Positions 1 to 11,683 of a stretch of 64,000 nt of DNA are shown in pieces. Both the position numbers and the translations under genes were made by a program. The notes beneath the pieces are model-generated. The model made no database searches. It was given only the letters and a program-made list of their open reading frames with translations, and was not told where the DNA came from. Location: assembly GCA_020137815.1 (NCBI GenBank), contig CM035358.1:6820001-6884000 (forward strand), written 5' to 3'. Positions within the stretch are counted from its first letter, which is position 1; each line of letters starts with the position of its first letter. Origin of the DNA: Hormiphora californensis (lineage: Eukaryota; Animalia; Ctenophora).

Positions 1-1999
1 TTAGATAATGAGGGGTAAAACTACATATATGAACATAAAGAAGTGATATCAAGTGTAGTCGAATTAACTATACTACACATGGTGTGGGAGGCTAAGTATG
101 TGAATTTACACTCTCGCGTGTTAGAATATTAGATGAAAGCTAGCTCACCTCTGTGTTTTTAAAATGTGCAAGAAAAAATGTTGACATGGCTCACAAAGGG
201 TGTTGGTGAGGAAAAATATCTCCGCTTCACATCTCAATACGCAAGTTTGTGCAGGCATAAAGGGATGGCTGGCCTCACGATAGCTGGAGTGGTGTGGTCT
301 TACACTCTTGGGAAAATGGTGTGCAGAGTACGAAGTGAAGGCAACACTTGTGCTTCGAGGAGTCCTCCCACGCTCCCCTGGCGTTCCCTAAGTTGTTGCT
401 GGTGGTCTTTGAGTTGTCCCAGACGATCACTGGGACCTCATGGGTGCTCCATTTGCCGTTTTGGATGCTCCTTGATTCGTCCTGGGACATCCCAGGTGCT
501 CCTTGAGACGTCCACTTTGCTCGAGGAGTCCTCACACGCTCCCTGGGTTGTTTCAGGCGTTCCCTAAGTTGTTGCTGGTGGTCTCTGAGTTGTCCCAGAC
601 GATCACTGGGACCTCATGGGTGCTCCATTTGCCGTTTTGGATGCTCCTTGATTCGTCCTGGGACATCCCAGGTGCTCCTTGAGACGTCCACTTTGCTCGA
701 GGAGTCCTCACACGCTCCCTGGGTTGTTTCAGGCGTTCCCTAAGTTGTTGCTGGTGGTCTCTGAGTTGTCCCAAACGATCACTGGGACTTCATGGATGCT
801 CCATTTGCCGTTTTGGATGCCCCTTGATTCGTCCTGGGACATCCCAGGTGCTCCCTGAGTCGTCCACTTTGCTCGAGGAGTCCTCCCACGCTCCCTGGGT
901 TGTTTCAGGCGTTCCCTAAGTTGTTGCTGGTGGTCTCTGAGTTGTCCCAGACGATCACTGGGACCTCCTGGGTGCTCCCTTTACCGTTTTGGATGCTAAT
1001 TTAGTCGCCCTGGGACATCTCAGGTGCTCCCTGAGTCGTCCACTCTGTTTTAGGAGTCCTCCCACGCTCCCTGGATTGTTTCAGGTGTTCCCTAAGTTGT
1101 TGCTGGTGCTCCCTGAGTTGTCCCAGACGATCACTGGGACCTCCTGGGTGCTCCCTTTGCCGTTCTGGGTGCTCCCTAAGTCGTGCCGGGTGCCTCTAGC
1201 TCGTCCCAGATGTCCCATGAGGGCATAGGTTAGACATATAAAACACTAGAATCGTTAATAACAAGATAAAAATGGCCCAGAGTCATTTACAGTACTAAAT
1301 TGTTTACTTTATAGATGTTGCGAAAACGCAACGATTGGAAACGGTTCATATACACACTTTCAACCAACCACAGTTGTAAAATGTAGTGTCTATAAGCATT
1401 CTGATGTATAATTTTGCTAAATATCCCACTTAATGACTCAGAAACCGGCAGAAACAGCCAAAAAGTGTATTGCGAAAACGCAACGATAAATTTTTTGAGT
1501 TGATTTTTTTGCTTTAATCGATTTTAAAAAATATAAAAAGGCACCAAAAACAGCCCTATAATTTTTATTTATTCTAAATTGCCCCTTAACATGCTTTTAA
1601 ATCCTCCAATATATGCCCCGTGCCAGTGTAGCGTTTCCGCAACCCACTTGTTTGAGGCTCTACAGGGCCAACAGGAAATCCGTTTGAGATCTAGTTTTTT
1701 TACAGAAACATCTCTGAACATTTCTCTAACTGATCAGCTATGTGTCATATCGGTAACTAGTCGAGATATATTACATAAATGCACATTTATGTGCATTAGT
1801 CCGAATGCCAGAAATTAGTACTTTTTGATTGATAATTACTGAAATTAGGGTCAATTCAGAAAACTTGTTAATGGCTAAAATTTTAGTTCGAACGATTCTC
1901 TAGTGATGTGTGGTGGTTACAGCATTTCAAATGCTCATATCTAGCCGTAATACGCCTCCAAACCTGGGTTGCGATAACGCGTCACAGGTCACTAATGGG
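1..1999. mobile_element. Probable right part of a non-autonomous piggyBac-like DNA transposon (left end outside the window)
   Basis: Ends ...CACTAATGGG|TTAA at 1997-2003, the piggyBac-type GGG-TTAA terminus. A semi-palindromic motif GTTGCGAAAACGCAAC recurs at ~1317, 1470, 1630 and 1968. An internal tandem array is present. No transposase is seen. Confidence 0.45.
355..1185. repeat. 176-bp tandem repeat, ~4.7 copies
   Basis: (C/T)GTTCCCTAAGTTGTTGCTGG recurs at 382, 558, 734, 910 and 1086. Confidence 0.95.
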
Positions 2000-2364
2000 T
2001 TAATGGAGCCCGGTCATGACCCAAAATCGCAGGAGAACAATGGTGTTGGCGGGTGTGAATAATGAAACCAAACAGATATACTACCCCACCAGCCTCCACC
2101 ATCTCATCCAAAGGGTTGAGATAGACCACTTGCATCATGTCCTACACACTAACAGGGGCCTTGCCAAATCGTCATAGTAACCCTGCCAAATGTTAAAAAC
2201 GAGCCACACAAAAAACTTTTGACCATATTAATGTACAAAGGTCCTGAGATGCCTAATGTAAATATATGCCACTGTGTTTATCGATTGTGCGCGAGATGTG
2301 GTTAGTTGGTTACCACTGCAGCTCTAGTAGCCCATCTCTAACCCCTCACTATCTCTATCACGTT

Positions 2365-2371
2365 TCTATCT

Positions 2372-2441
<70 letters not shown>

Positions 2442-2540
2442 CTTTCTATTTCTCTCTCACTCTCTTCTTCCATCTCACTCCCTCTCTCTCTCTCACTCAC
2501 TCTCTCCCTCTCACTCCTTCTCTCTCTCACTCCCTCTCCC

Positions 2541-2606
<66 letters not shown>

Positions 2607-2640
2607 TCTCTCTCTCTCCCTCTTTCTATCCCTCTCTATC
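2365..2640. repeat. (CT)n microsatellite tract. Similar CT/GA tracts lie at ~3810-4125, 4654-4722, 5755-5885, 13590-13850, 17790-17880, 30695-30750, 35985-36235, 38690-39620, 43630-43930, 44840-44940, 49220-49370, 53260-53380, 54705-54975, 56090-56360 and 60090-60340.
   Basis: Directly visible dinucleotide runs. Confidence 0.95.
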
Positions 2641-2753
2641 CGTGTCCCTGTACTACTACTGCATATGTTTGGCGAGCAGTGGTGCAGTTAGATCAACATT
2701 TCTCTACTTCAGACGTGCCCTTTTGTTTGCTTAAGGATGAATATTATATGCAC

Positions 2754-3425
2754 GTGAATAGGTGAGGGGATAGTGAATAGGTGAGGGGATAGTGAATAGG
2801 TGAGGGGATAGTGAATAGGTGAGGGGATAGTGAATAGGTGAGGGGATAGTGAATAGGTGAGGGGATAGTGAATAGGTGAGGGGATAGTGAATAGGTGAGG
2901 GGATAGTGAATAGGTGAGGGGATAGTGAATAGGTGAGGGGATAGTGAATAGGTGAGGGGATAGTGAATAGGTGAGGGGATAGTGAATAGGTGAGGGGATA
3001 GTGAATAGGTGAGGGAATAGTGAATAGGTGAGGGGATAGTGAATAATTGACTAGGTGTGCATGAGGGGATAGTGAATAGGTGAGGGGATAGTGAATAGGT
3101 GAGGGGATAGTGAATAGGTGAGGGGATAGTGAATAGGTGAGGGGATAGTGAATAGGTGAGGGGATAGTGAATAGGTGAGGGGATAATGAATAGGTGAGGG
3201 GATAGTGAATAGGTGAGGGGATAGTGAATAGGTGAGGGGATAGTGAATAGGTGAGGGGATAGTGAATAGGTGAGGGGATAGTGAATAGGTGAGGGGATAG
3301 TGAATAGGTGAGGGGATAGTGAATAGGTGAGGGGATAGTGAATAGGTGAGGGGAACGTGAATAGGTGAGGGGATAGTGAATAGGTGAGGGGATAGTGAAT
3401 AGGTGAGGGGATAGTGAATAGGTGA
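2754..3425. repeat. 19-bp minisatellite (GTGAATAGGTGAGGGGATA)n, ~35 copies
   Basis: Near-perfect tandem units. Explains the spurious 266-aa ORF. Confidence 0.97.
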
Positions 3426-3807
3426 CGGGTAAGATAGATCGAGTGAGCGAGATTAGAGATAGGGCGAGGGAAGATAGATCGAGTGAGAAATTGTATTTAC
3501 CCTCTACCACGACAAGGCCGTTGGAGATCAACGTGTCAAATAGTAAATCATATATTTAGATATTATGTACATTAGGATATGCAAAGGTAGTCAATCGATC
3601 CTAACTGCAATGGTGCATCAACTTTCGTCTTACTTACCTCCCTCTATATTTAATGACTAATCCCTTTATCCCTCTATCTGATCTCTTTATATTGCGGTGT
3701 GGGATTGCAGTAGCCTTTTCTCATCTCCCTGCTGTTTAGTATACGATGATCCTATATTTCATCTCCCAGACGATACGCTTTATCACTTTATCCTGCTCTC
3801 AACCTTG

Positions 3808-3942
<135 letters not shown>

Positions 3943-4041
3943 CTCCTCCCTCCACCCAAAAAAAAAAAAAATCCTCTCTTCTCTCTCTCCTCTCTCTCCC
4001 TCCTCTCTTCTCCTCTCTCTCTCTCTCTCCTCTTCTCTCTC

Positions 4042-4111
<70 letters not shown>

Positions 4112-4650
4112 TCTCTCTCTCTCTTCTTTACCCAGGGAAATATATATCCGAGCTGGGATAATTTTGATGATCTCCAGACATACCGGAATTTCGGGCCAGG
4201 GAGAGAATATATAATATTAGCGTCCCAATATACTATCATGCTGTAAACTCCCTCCCTCTTTACTTGTTCGTATCAGGAATCTCACAGACGCCCTGCTGAT
4301 TCCGCCACCGTGTGTTTATCTCCATTCTCTGTTTGAGTAATAATCCCGAGTATGTTTCTATTATCATGACCCCTTCGAGCTCTCTCTCTCTCTATCTTTC
4401 CTGTAGAAAAGGGCTTATTCACTGCGTGCATTGCAGACATTGCCCCGCTTTTAGTCGGATATATTTCGGCGGCCCGTTGTCCGGGCTTTTCTCCATTTCT
4501 CTCTTTCCATCTCTCTTTCTCTCTATCTCCCTTTCTCTCTGTGGACATTTTATTTGGATATGTTATTTCCTGATTGAATTACTGAGGCGCAAGTAACACG
4601 TGACCCAGGGCAGCATGAGTTACCTTTATCCTATCTCTTCTCTGTCACGT

Positions 4651-4725
<75 letters not shown>

Positions 4726-4960
4726 TTTCGTATGGCAGTTGGATGGTCACTGACAAATGCACACAACCAAACAACACTTGCAGGAGAGAAGGGGCTCGAG
4801 TACTGACCAGGCACCCTCGTCCCCGGTGATATATTATGCGGTCTAGCTGCGGTGGTTAGATCACTACTGTAGTTGCTTCTTCCTTCTGCTTTTGAACAGC
4901 TTTTGGGTTTTTTAGGTTTTCAGTAATTATACCCACGGCGCGGTGCGTGTTACTAAGAGT

Positions 4961-5069
4961 CAGGAACCGACCGAAACAAGTAAACAACCAATCAGAACTC
5001 GTTATTTAGGTCACGTGACTGGTTAACAGCCAATCAGGGACCAGTATTTCCTGATTCGGTCGGTTCCTG
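4961..5069 (+). mobile_element. 109-bp hAT-like MITE, copy 1
   Basis: TIRs CAGGAACCGACCGAA...TTCGGTCGGTTCCTG. Perfect 8-bp TSD CTAAGAGT at 4953-4960 and 5070-5077. Confidence 0.9.
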
Positions 5070-5844
5070 CTAAGAGTTATCTTGGGAACAATCCTGGAAC
5101 AATTGACAGTGAGATGTAACACAAACAAAGCAAGTGTAAACGAGTTGTTTGGTAAAATCAGTGGTCCATAGAGGAGGAGGGATCGCATGCTATATTGCGA
5201 CAATGTTGACGATCCGGCCCCCACACACCCTCTTTTTACCTCGGGCAATATCACGTGACTTTGTCCTCCTCGGTTCATTGGTCAGCCCAGTAAATACTAT
5301 ATCTGTGCGATGAGGAGGAGGGAATTAAGTGTTATCACTCTCTGACCATGTTATATATGTAAATATATAGTGCACATATATATCGCGCATCCGTATCAGT
5401 AATTGGGGAGTCACGTGACACACTGATCACGTGACATATTGGATCACCTGACTCCGCTGTGTCTCTCCAGTGGCCCAGGGTAGGGAGTGGGTGGGGGCGG
5501 AGAGAGAGAGAGAGGCTGCGACCCTCGATATCTTGAGAGAGCCCGTGGGGGAGGATAAAGAAATATATTTAACATAGAGAGAGAGAGGGATAGAAAGAGA
5601 GAGAGAGGGAGAGATGGAAAGATAGAGAGAGAGGGGAGGGAGATCAAGGAAAGAAGGTCCTCTGTGTGTCTGGCAATTATCACCATGTAGCGTCTTACAC
5701 TTAGTGCTATAGCTATTAGTTATATCGGTACATATTATACACATTCCATAGTGTCTCTAGCTCTCTCTATCTCTCTATCTCTCTCACTTTCAAACCCACT
5801 CTCTCTTTCTCTCTCTCCCCCCTCTCTCTCTCTCTCCCTCTCTT

Positions 5845-5882
<38 letters not shown>

Positions 5883-7237
5883 CCTCCTTCTACTTATTCG
5901 CCATTAATGATCTTTCTTCACGCTTCACCTACTATCCGCCGTTCTTTCCTTTTCCCAGTTTTCAACACCATTTCGGATAGATCTTGTTATGTTCTAACCC
6001 TCCTTTACAAAGGGATAGGGGTTAAAGGCGAGGATGGAACATGGCAATTGGTGGGGTGGTTTTGGCAGTCTCAGCTGTCAGCCATGTGTCCTGTCCCATT
6101 CTCGATTCCTTGCAACTGGATTATTGCTGCAATACAAGGAGATCGTCAATATTAGTATACATTAGCAGAGGTCATGAAAAGATAGGAAAAGATAGGAACG
6201 AAGAGAGTAGGATAGGAATAAACTGAGAGAGATAGAGAATTGAGGGATACGATTCAGCGAACATGCTATATAATTCTAAGTAACCCGGATATGAATCAAT
6301 TCTTAGTTAAACAGCAGGGGAGGGGGAATACTATGCAACACTCAACAGTTGTGATACTCCTCTCTGATTATGACTCGGTTAGTCTTCAGATTCTGTATTG
6401 AACCTATATTCCTTATAGTATAAAGCTGTTATCCTGCTGCTATGAATATAATATTGAAATGTCCTAAATATACTTCCAAATTCAGGGCCTTTTTGTTGTG
6501 CGAATTGCCGTGTGCTATTTATTCCTAGCTGTATCTTTTCTTAGTCCGTGCTATACAAAGCTGTTGTCCCAAGATTATAATGTCAAAGCAAGGAGAGAGA
6601 GAAAGAGATGGCTAAAAAGACGGATAGGCAGAGCAAAAAAGTGAGAGAGATAAGAGATTGGGAGACAGAAAGATAGCAAGAGAGAGAGAGAGATAGAGAG
6701 AGGGCCACTAACAATAGCTTTAGATCCATTGGGGGACTCGACTGGTGGTGATCCTTTGTGTATACCGTTACATAATATGAGGCAGACACATATAGTCACA
6801 TAGAGACATATATAGAGAGAGAATGAAGATAGACAAATAGAGAGAGTGAATAAAGAGAAATGGAGACAATTAGGCAGGAGCGGGGAGAGAATGAGTAAGT
6901 GAGAGAGTGAGAGAGAGAATGAGTAAGTGAGAGTGAGAGAGTGAGACAGAGAGTGAGAGTGAGAGAGTGAGACTGAGAGTGAGCGAGTGAGATAGATAGA
7001 CGGTTCGGTGCAGTAGCATTCAGTATACTTTCAAACCTTACTTAACTTAACTTAACTTCAAACAGGTCAACTCCGGCCTACTGCACGGCCCTAATATTCT
7101 TGTGTTTTCTTGACATCAAAGTCTATCTTTCATTCAAAATATCTTTCTTCTATACAAATATTTTACCTTCCCACTCTGTTTTTCTTTGCTACCATTATAT
7201 TTCCTAACCAAAGTTAATCTTACCAATTCTAGAAAGC

Positions 7238-8242
7238 ATGCCAATTTTCATATTTCTGTCCCTGATCATCACACCGATCCAAGCACTTACCCTCGGTGCG
7301 TTCAACATCCAAACATTTGGCAAGTCCAAGTACAGCAACACCACACTTCGAGGGCATCTTGTAACCATAGTAACCGAGTACGACTTGATACTCATCCAGG
7401 AGATACGCGATGCTAGCGAGACCATCATCCATCACTTTCTACAAGATTGTCAGGTGTCTCGACCCGGTTTCCGAGCTGTGGTTAGTCCCAGGCTGGGCGC
7501 TGGGTCTTACAAGGAGCAGTACGCCCTGTTCTACGACAGTACTCTTATCAGTGTTGGTAAACACAGTGTTTATCTTGATCCCAATGGGGTCTACAGTAGA
7601 CCCCCTATGATAGTCCACATCACAGCCCCCGTTGAGTTCACTCTCTATGGTGTTCATATTGACCCGGATGAGGTCTGGAGTGAGTTAGAAGAATTCCCCG
7701 TGGTGTATGAGTCCTCCCTGGAACTTGGGTACCCCACCAAAGGGATCCTAATGGGCGACCTAAACGCTGATTGTGGGTACCTCTCCACCTCGAAATATGA
7801 TATCCTCAAAATGACACTTGATCCACGGTTCACATGGCTGATCCCAAAGACACAAGACACGACCGTTTCTAGCAACACAGACTGCGCTTATGACCGGATA
7901 GTTTTGTGTGGCTGGTCAGTTGACACGGGGGAGTTTTCCAGAGCATCAGTTGACCGGTTTAACGAGGAGAATCAGGGTGGCGTGGGGATTATTTCCGAGG
8001 AATTAGCCCGGAAAGTGAGTGATCATTATCCTGTTAGGATAACTTGGACAGCCGCCAAGAATGACACGACCGCAATCTCGGCTGCTGCAGTAGTGGGGAT
8101 TGTGAGGGATTCCCTCTTGGCTGTCTTTCCTTCCTTGTTTGTAGGGAGGGAGGGACTTCTCAATATCATAACTATCTTGGTGACTCTTTGTGCTCTATCA
8201 TTCATCCGTCTTGTTGTTTCTAGACTTTTTTATAATCAGTGA
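7238..8242 (+). CDS. Deoxyribonuclease I family protein, intronless CDS, with signal peptide and hydrophobic C-terminal tail (DNASE1/DNASE1L1-like)
   Basis: Motifs GAFNIQTFG, YDLILIQEIRD, SPRLG.GSYKEQY, GVHIDP, MGDLNADCGY, FTWLIP..DTTV..TDCAYDRIV and VSDHYPV. Both catalytic His, the acidic metal ligands and the conserved Cys pair are present. Confidence 0.95.
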   Translation: MPIFIFLSLIITPIQALTLGAFNIQTFGKSKYSNTTLRGHLVTIVTEYDLILIQEIRDASETIIHHFLQDCQVSRPGFRAVVSPRLGAGSYKEQYALFYDSTLISVGKHSVYLDPNGVYSRPPMIVHITAPVEFTLYGVHIDPDEVWSELEEFPVVYESSLELGYPTKGILMGDLNADCGYLSTSKYDILKMTLDPRFTWLIPKTQDTTVSSNTDCAYDRIVLCGWSVDTGEFSRASVDRFNEENQGGVGIISEELARKVSDHYPVRITWTAAKNDTTAISAAAVVGIVRDSLLAVFPSLFVGREGLLNIITILVTLCALSFIRLVVSRLFYNQ

Positions 8243-8436
8243 ACATGTAAATCACGACATTTTAGTTTAACAGTTTCACATTGTTAACTTTTGAATTTAG
8301 AATTTATATGATTGACGTTATTTGTGATTGTATATTATTTAGAGAACCTGTGTTGGTTACTTTCCTTCTAGTACAATATATAATCCATTATTTATTTCTC
8401 TGATCTCCCCCTTCTAGCGCTGTGAACTTGGTTACC

Positions 8437-9774
8437 ATGCCAACCGTGATATGCCTCGATGTCTCACTCTCTATGTCGCGTCAGGTGGAAAAGAGGTCCC
8501 TCCTTGAATATGCAGCTTCAGCCCTATCGTCCTTTTTGTCGAACGTGTCTGCGATTTGCCCGAATGAACCGATCAGCTTGGTCACGTTTTCAAGTGAGGC
8601 GACCGTGCACTGCTCCTTCATAAAAGATATCAACGAGATAAAGGGTGTTTTGGAAGATGTTGAAATTGAAGATAGGGCCGATTGGATGAAACTGCTAAAA
8701 GCGGTCCAAGGGGAATGCACAAAGTGGAGTCTCATCACTCCGAGCAAGGTTATCCTGATAACAGATAAAGTCGCCCCGGTAACCACACCATCTGAGCCCT
8801 TCCCAGCGGGATGTCACATGTCCCTGGTCGCTCTGACACCCTCGGAGGACGCTCAGAAAGCGGCTCAGGATTTCTGGAACTCTGCTGGTCTAAACGGCAA
8901 ATTCCACCCCGGTCCCGTCCTACATCAGGAATCGGTTGATAGGATCTTTGAAACGATAATGCTGGATAACTACAGCAGATTTGATGCAGACATCTACTTC
9001 GGGCACCAGTCCACCTCCGTCTCGCTAAGCCCTCCGCCCGACTTCAACTTCCTAAGCGAGCTCGCAAAGCAGCCTGCACCGAGCACCTTCCCGACAACAC
9101 TAAAGATACACGGCTTCCTTCCCGTCACACACCTTCACTCCCCACCCTACCTGTCCCGACACTTGGTTCATTGTGTCGGTATCCAATCTCCTACAAAACA
9201 AACTGCTAAATCTGCTGATCTGAGGGTGTTGTTGAACGATTCCCTGAGGGCCCAGGATACCGTCGCTGTGGTTGAGCTGGGCATGGGATGGTTTGGAACC
9301 CTATCTTCCTTTCTCCCCAAAACGGAGAGAAACGCTAAGAAATCCAACCTTGTCTTTGCGACTATCGCCCCGGGTTCCATTCCTTGGTTGGGAAATCTAA
9401 ACTTCCTCGCTCTGAAACGTCTCGTTAGCACGGACAAACAAAACAATCTACCCTACAGACAACACTTTCCCAAGAGTTACGATAGTAAGAGTGATGGGGG
9501 AACGATGGTGTGGGGGAAGGCGAGTACGCTGAAACAAAACGTACTGAAAGTTGTCCGCTATGCAAAACGGTTGCCTGATAAGAGTTCAGCTATGTTTTTG
9601 AAGGAACTGAACAAAGTTCGTCGGACCATATTGTTTTACGGGTATGGTGAGATGATGGGAGTGCTATGTGAGTTACTGGAGCGGGAGAAGACTGTCGCGA
9701 ACAAGGAGATTATTGAGAATTGTCTGGCGCAACTTAAATCTGAGAAAGATCCTACGAAGCAGATCAAGTGTTAG
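8437..9774 (+). CDS. INTS14: Integrator complex subunit 14 (VWA9), intronless CDS, 445 aa from ATG 8437
   Basis: N-terminus MPTVICLDVSLSMSR matches the INTS14 start MPTVVVMDVSLSMTR (VWA DxSxS). SPPYLSRHLV, VLL..SL....VAVVELG.GWFG, KKSNL...PG..PWLG and KELNKVRR....G....L.E.LERE all follow INTS14. Confidence 0.92.
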   Translation: MPTVICLDVSLSMSRQVEKRSLLEYAASALSSFLSNVSAICPNEPISLVTFSSEATVHCSFIKDINEIKGVLEDVEIEDRADWMKLLKAVQGECTKWSLITPSKVILITDKVAPVTTPSEPFPAGCHMSLVALTPSEDAQKAAQDFWNSAGLNGKFHPGPVLHQESVDRIFETIMLDNYSRFDADIYFGHQSTSVSLSPPPDFNFLSELAKQPAPSTFPTTLKIHGFLPVTHLHSPPYLSRHLVHCVGIQSPTKQTAKSADLRVLLNDSLRAQDTVAVVELGMGWFGTLSSFLPKTERNAKKSNLVFATIAPGSIPWLGNLNFLALKRLVSTDKQNNLPYRQHFPKSYDSKSDGGTMVWGKASTLKQNVLKVVRYAKRLPDKSSAMFLKELNKVRRTILFYGYGEMMGVLCELLEREKTVANKEIIENCLAQLKSEKDPTKQIKC

Positions 9775-9955
9775 CGAGAGAATATAAATCTATTAGAACC
9801 TCGATATTATACCGTGCATTTGAAGGGTTTTCTCCAGAAGATCACGTTGGTTGTATCTTGCTATGTTCTAACCCTCCCGTGAGACATGATGTCTACTAGC
9901 TCAGATCCCCCACCATGATATGTCTACTGGCTCACAAGTAGACCCTAGAATATTA

Positions 9956-10110
9956 CAGTCAGACCCCGATTTACCGGGCCCCGATTTACCGGAACCCCGA
10001 TTTACCGTGAGGATAATCTTCCCCCGATATAGGAAATTGACGGTATTTTGCCCCGATTTACCGGGCAAAACCCTTTCCCCCGACCATCCCGGTAAATCGG
10101 GGTCCGACTG
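9956..10110. mobile_element. TA-flanked Tc1/mariner-type MITE with internal CCCCGATTTACCG repeats
   Basis: TA|CAGTCAGACCCCGATTTACCGGG...CCCGGTAAATCGGGGTCCGACTG|TA. A right-half copy lies at 32543-32604. Confidence 0.85.
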
Positions 10111-10687
10111 TATATCCATCAAGTATTTGTCTACTGGCCAGATTGCTAAATATCCAGACCAGTCTAGCTATACTTTACTACGAGATCAGTCTCAACAATA
10201 TCCAATTGTTGTTGGACCCCACGAGTGTTTCATTTCCAATATCATCACGATACTTAGTGTTCTGGAACGAAAAGACACAAAAGGAGCTTTTTAACAATAT
10301 ATGCGTGACATGGTTGTTAAAAGATAATCTGTAATGGATATACGATATATTAGTTATTACTGGGATGGCGGTTTGGCAGGATACGAAATCTAATAATTTG
10401 GGTGACAAGTCCCATGTTCACAGTAAACAGTTGTAGTACATGTTAAAATAACTCTTGTTTTGTCAAACAACCTTCACTTCAGCTTAGAGTCTAGTGGATT
10501 TCCATGGGATTTCCATGGGAAGATAAATATTATGATTGATTATAGGTCTTGTTACGTCCAACAATCATCAGTATTTTCGAAAAATAATTTTAACTTTTTA
10601 GAGATTTCGCTAAACATATTATCGCCCTTATTTTTAGTATCTATCGATTAGCTATAGTTTTGTTTGATATAACAGTTGACTATTATA

Positions 10688-11683
10688 TTATACCAAACCT
10701 AATTGAAATTAGTGGGCCGGAAAGGTTGCCCTACTATTTGAGCTACCTTTGCCACCTTGACATTCACAGGGTACAGACAGGGTACAGAAGCTTCGTCTAT
10801 CACCACAAGGGAATGTACTGGTGCCAAAGGTAGCTCAAATAGTAGGGCAACCTTTCCGTCCCACTAATTTCAATTAGTTTTGTTATAATGTGCATCATTT
10901 TTGGGATTTTTTATCCATGTAGATGTAGTAGAATAGGTATTATAGAGAGGTTAGAATTGCGAAATTGAAAAATTTTCATTTTTGACGTCATAACGCGACG
11001 TCACGACGTTTTAAGACCCTTATACATCTAGTTTTGAAAATTTATGATTAAGTTTCTGAAAGTTCAGATATTCTCTTTCCTTGCCTGGCTAGACTGTGTT
11101 TCGGGCGCCCCGCCCCCGAATCACAAATGTAAAGGGAGGGTTAGAACATAACAACTCTTTCCATGATATAGTCTTCGTTTTTCGATTAGAATCCGTCGCG
11201 TCTTCAGGGTGTAAATTGAGCTCAAAGAAGTTTAGTCAGTGTATCAAAAGTGACGACTTTAAGACGTTCTGTAGGGTGATGGAAATCATCACCCTTCTAA
11301 TAACACAATAATTGAGTAGATCTACAAGCTAGTGAAAACGAGAAGTCTCTATCTCTTTCCGTTTGTTCAGAACTGGGACCAGAAAAAGCGTCTCTCCTAT
11401 GCGCACACGTATGCGTCCGTTACACTGAATCTTCAGCAAATGGGACCGGTCTGTAACTTCGGACCCAGATGACATAGAGACTTGAAATTTTATACTTTTA
11501 AGTAAAATACCCCAAGCCGGATATACATTCCAAATTTCAAGTCAATCGGATGAAAGGGAGCGACGCTATAGTTTTCTGAAATCCGGTTTTTTCAGCCAAA
11601 CACCCATAAAACGTATAACTGCGTTTCTGGCAGTGCTTATTTGGGGGGGGGATGGCAACCTTTGCGCTTGCCAGCGCAGTGAT
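10688..11683 (+). mobile_element. Helentron/HINE(DINE-1)-like non-autonomous element, subfamily B
   Basis: 5' long inverted repeat 10688-10888 containing AAAGGTTGCC. 3' end is GGCAACCTTT plus hairpin TGCGCT-TGCC-AGCGCA plus GTGAT. The body is homologous to 57400-58333. Confidence 0.7.
11081..11154 (+). mobile_element. 74-bp short interspersed insertion of unknown class inside the HINE-like element
   Basis: 8-bp TSD CTCTTTCC at 11073-11080 and 11155-11162, and absent from the homologous site at ~57770. The end motif GAGGGTTAGAACATA.CAA also occurs at ~5985(-), 9858(-), 11954(+) and 56597(-). The start motif also occurs at 12244. Confidence 0.7.

Noticed and set aside
2731-3531. 266-aa repetitive ORF
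   Set aside because: Translation of a 19-bp minisatellite.
5160-5310. RGGGIACYI resembling a LINE endonuclease motif
   Set aside because: An isolated short match with no other endonuclease motifs.
8422-8436. GTG start for INTS14 given in the ORF track
   Set aside because: Eukaryotic gene; ATG 8437 matches the conserved MPTV N-terminus.
10483-10570. Possible FYRN exon (…WDFHGKINIMIDYRS…)
   Set aside because: Similarity too weak and donor poor; cannot be supported without transcripts.
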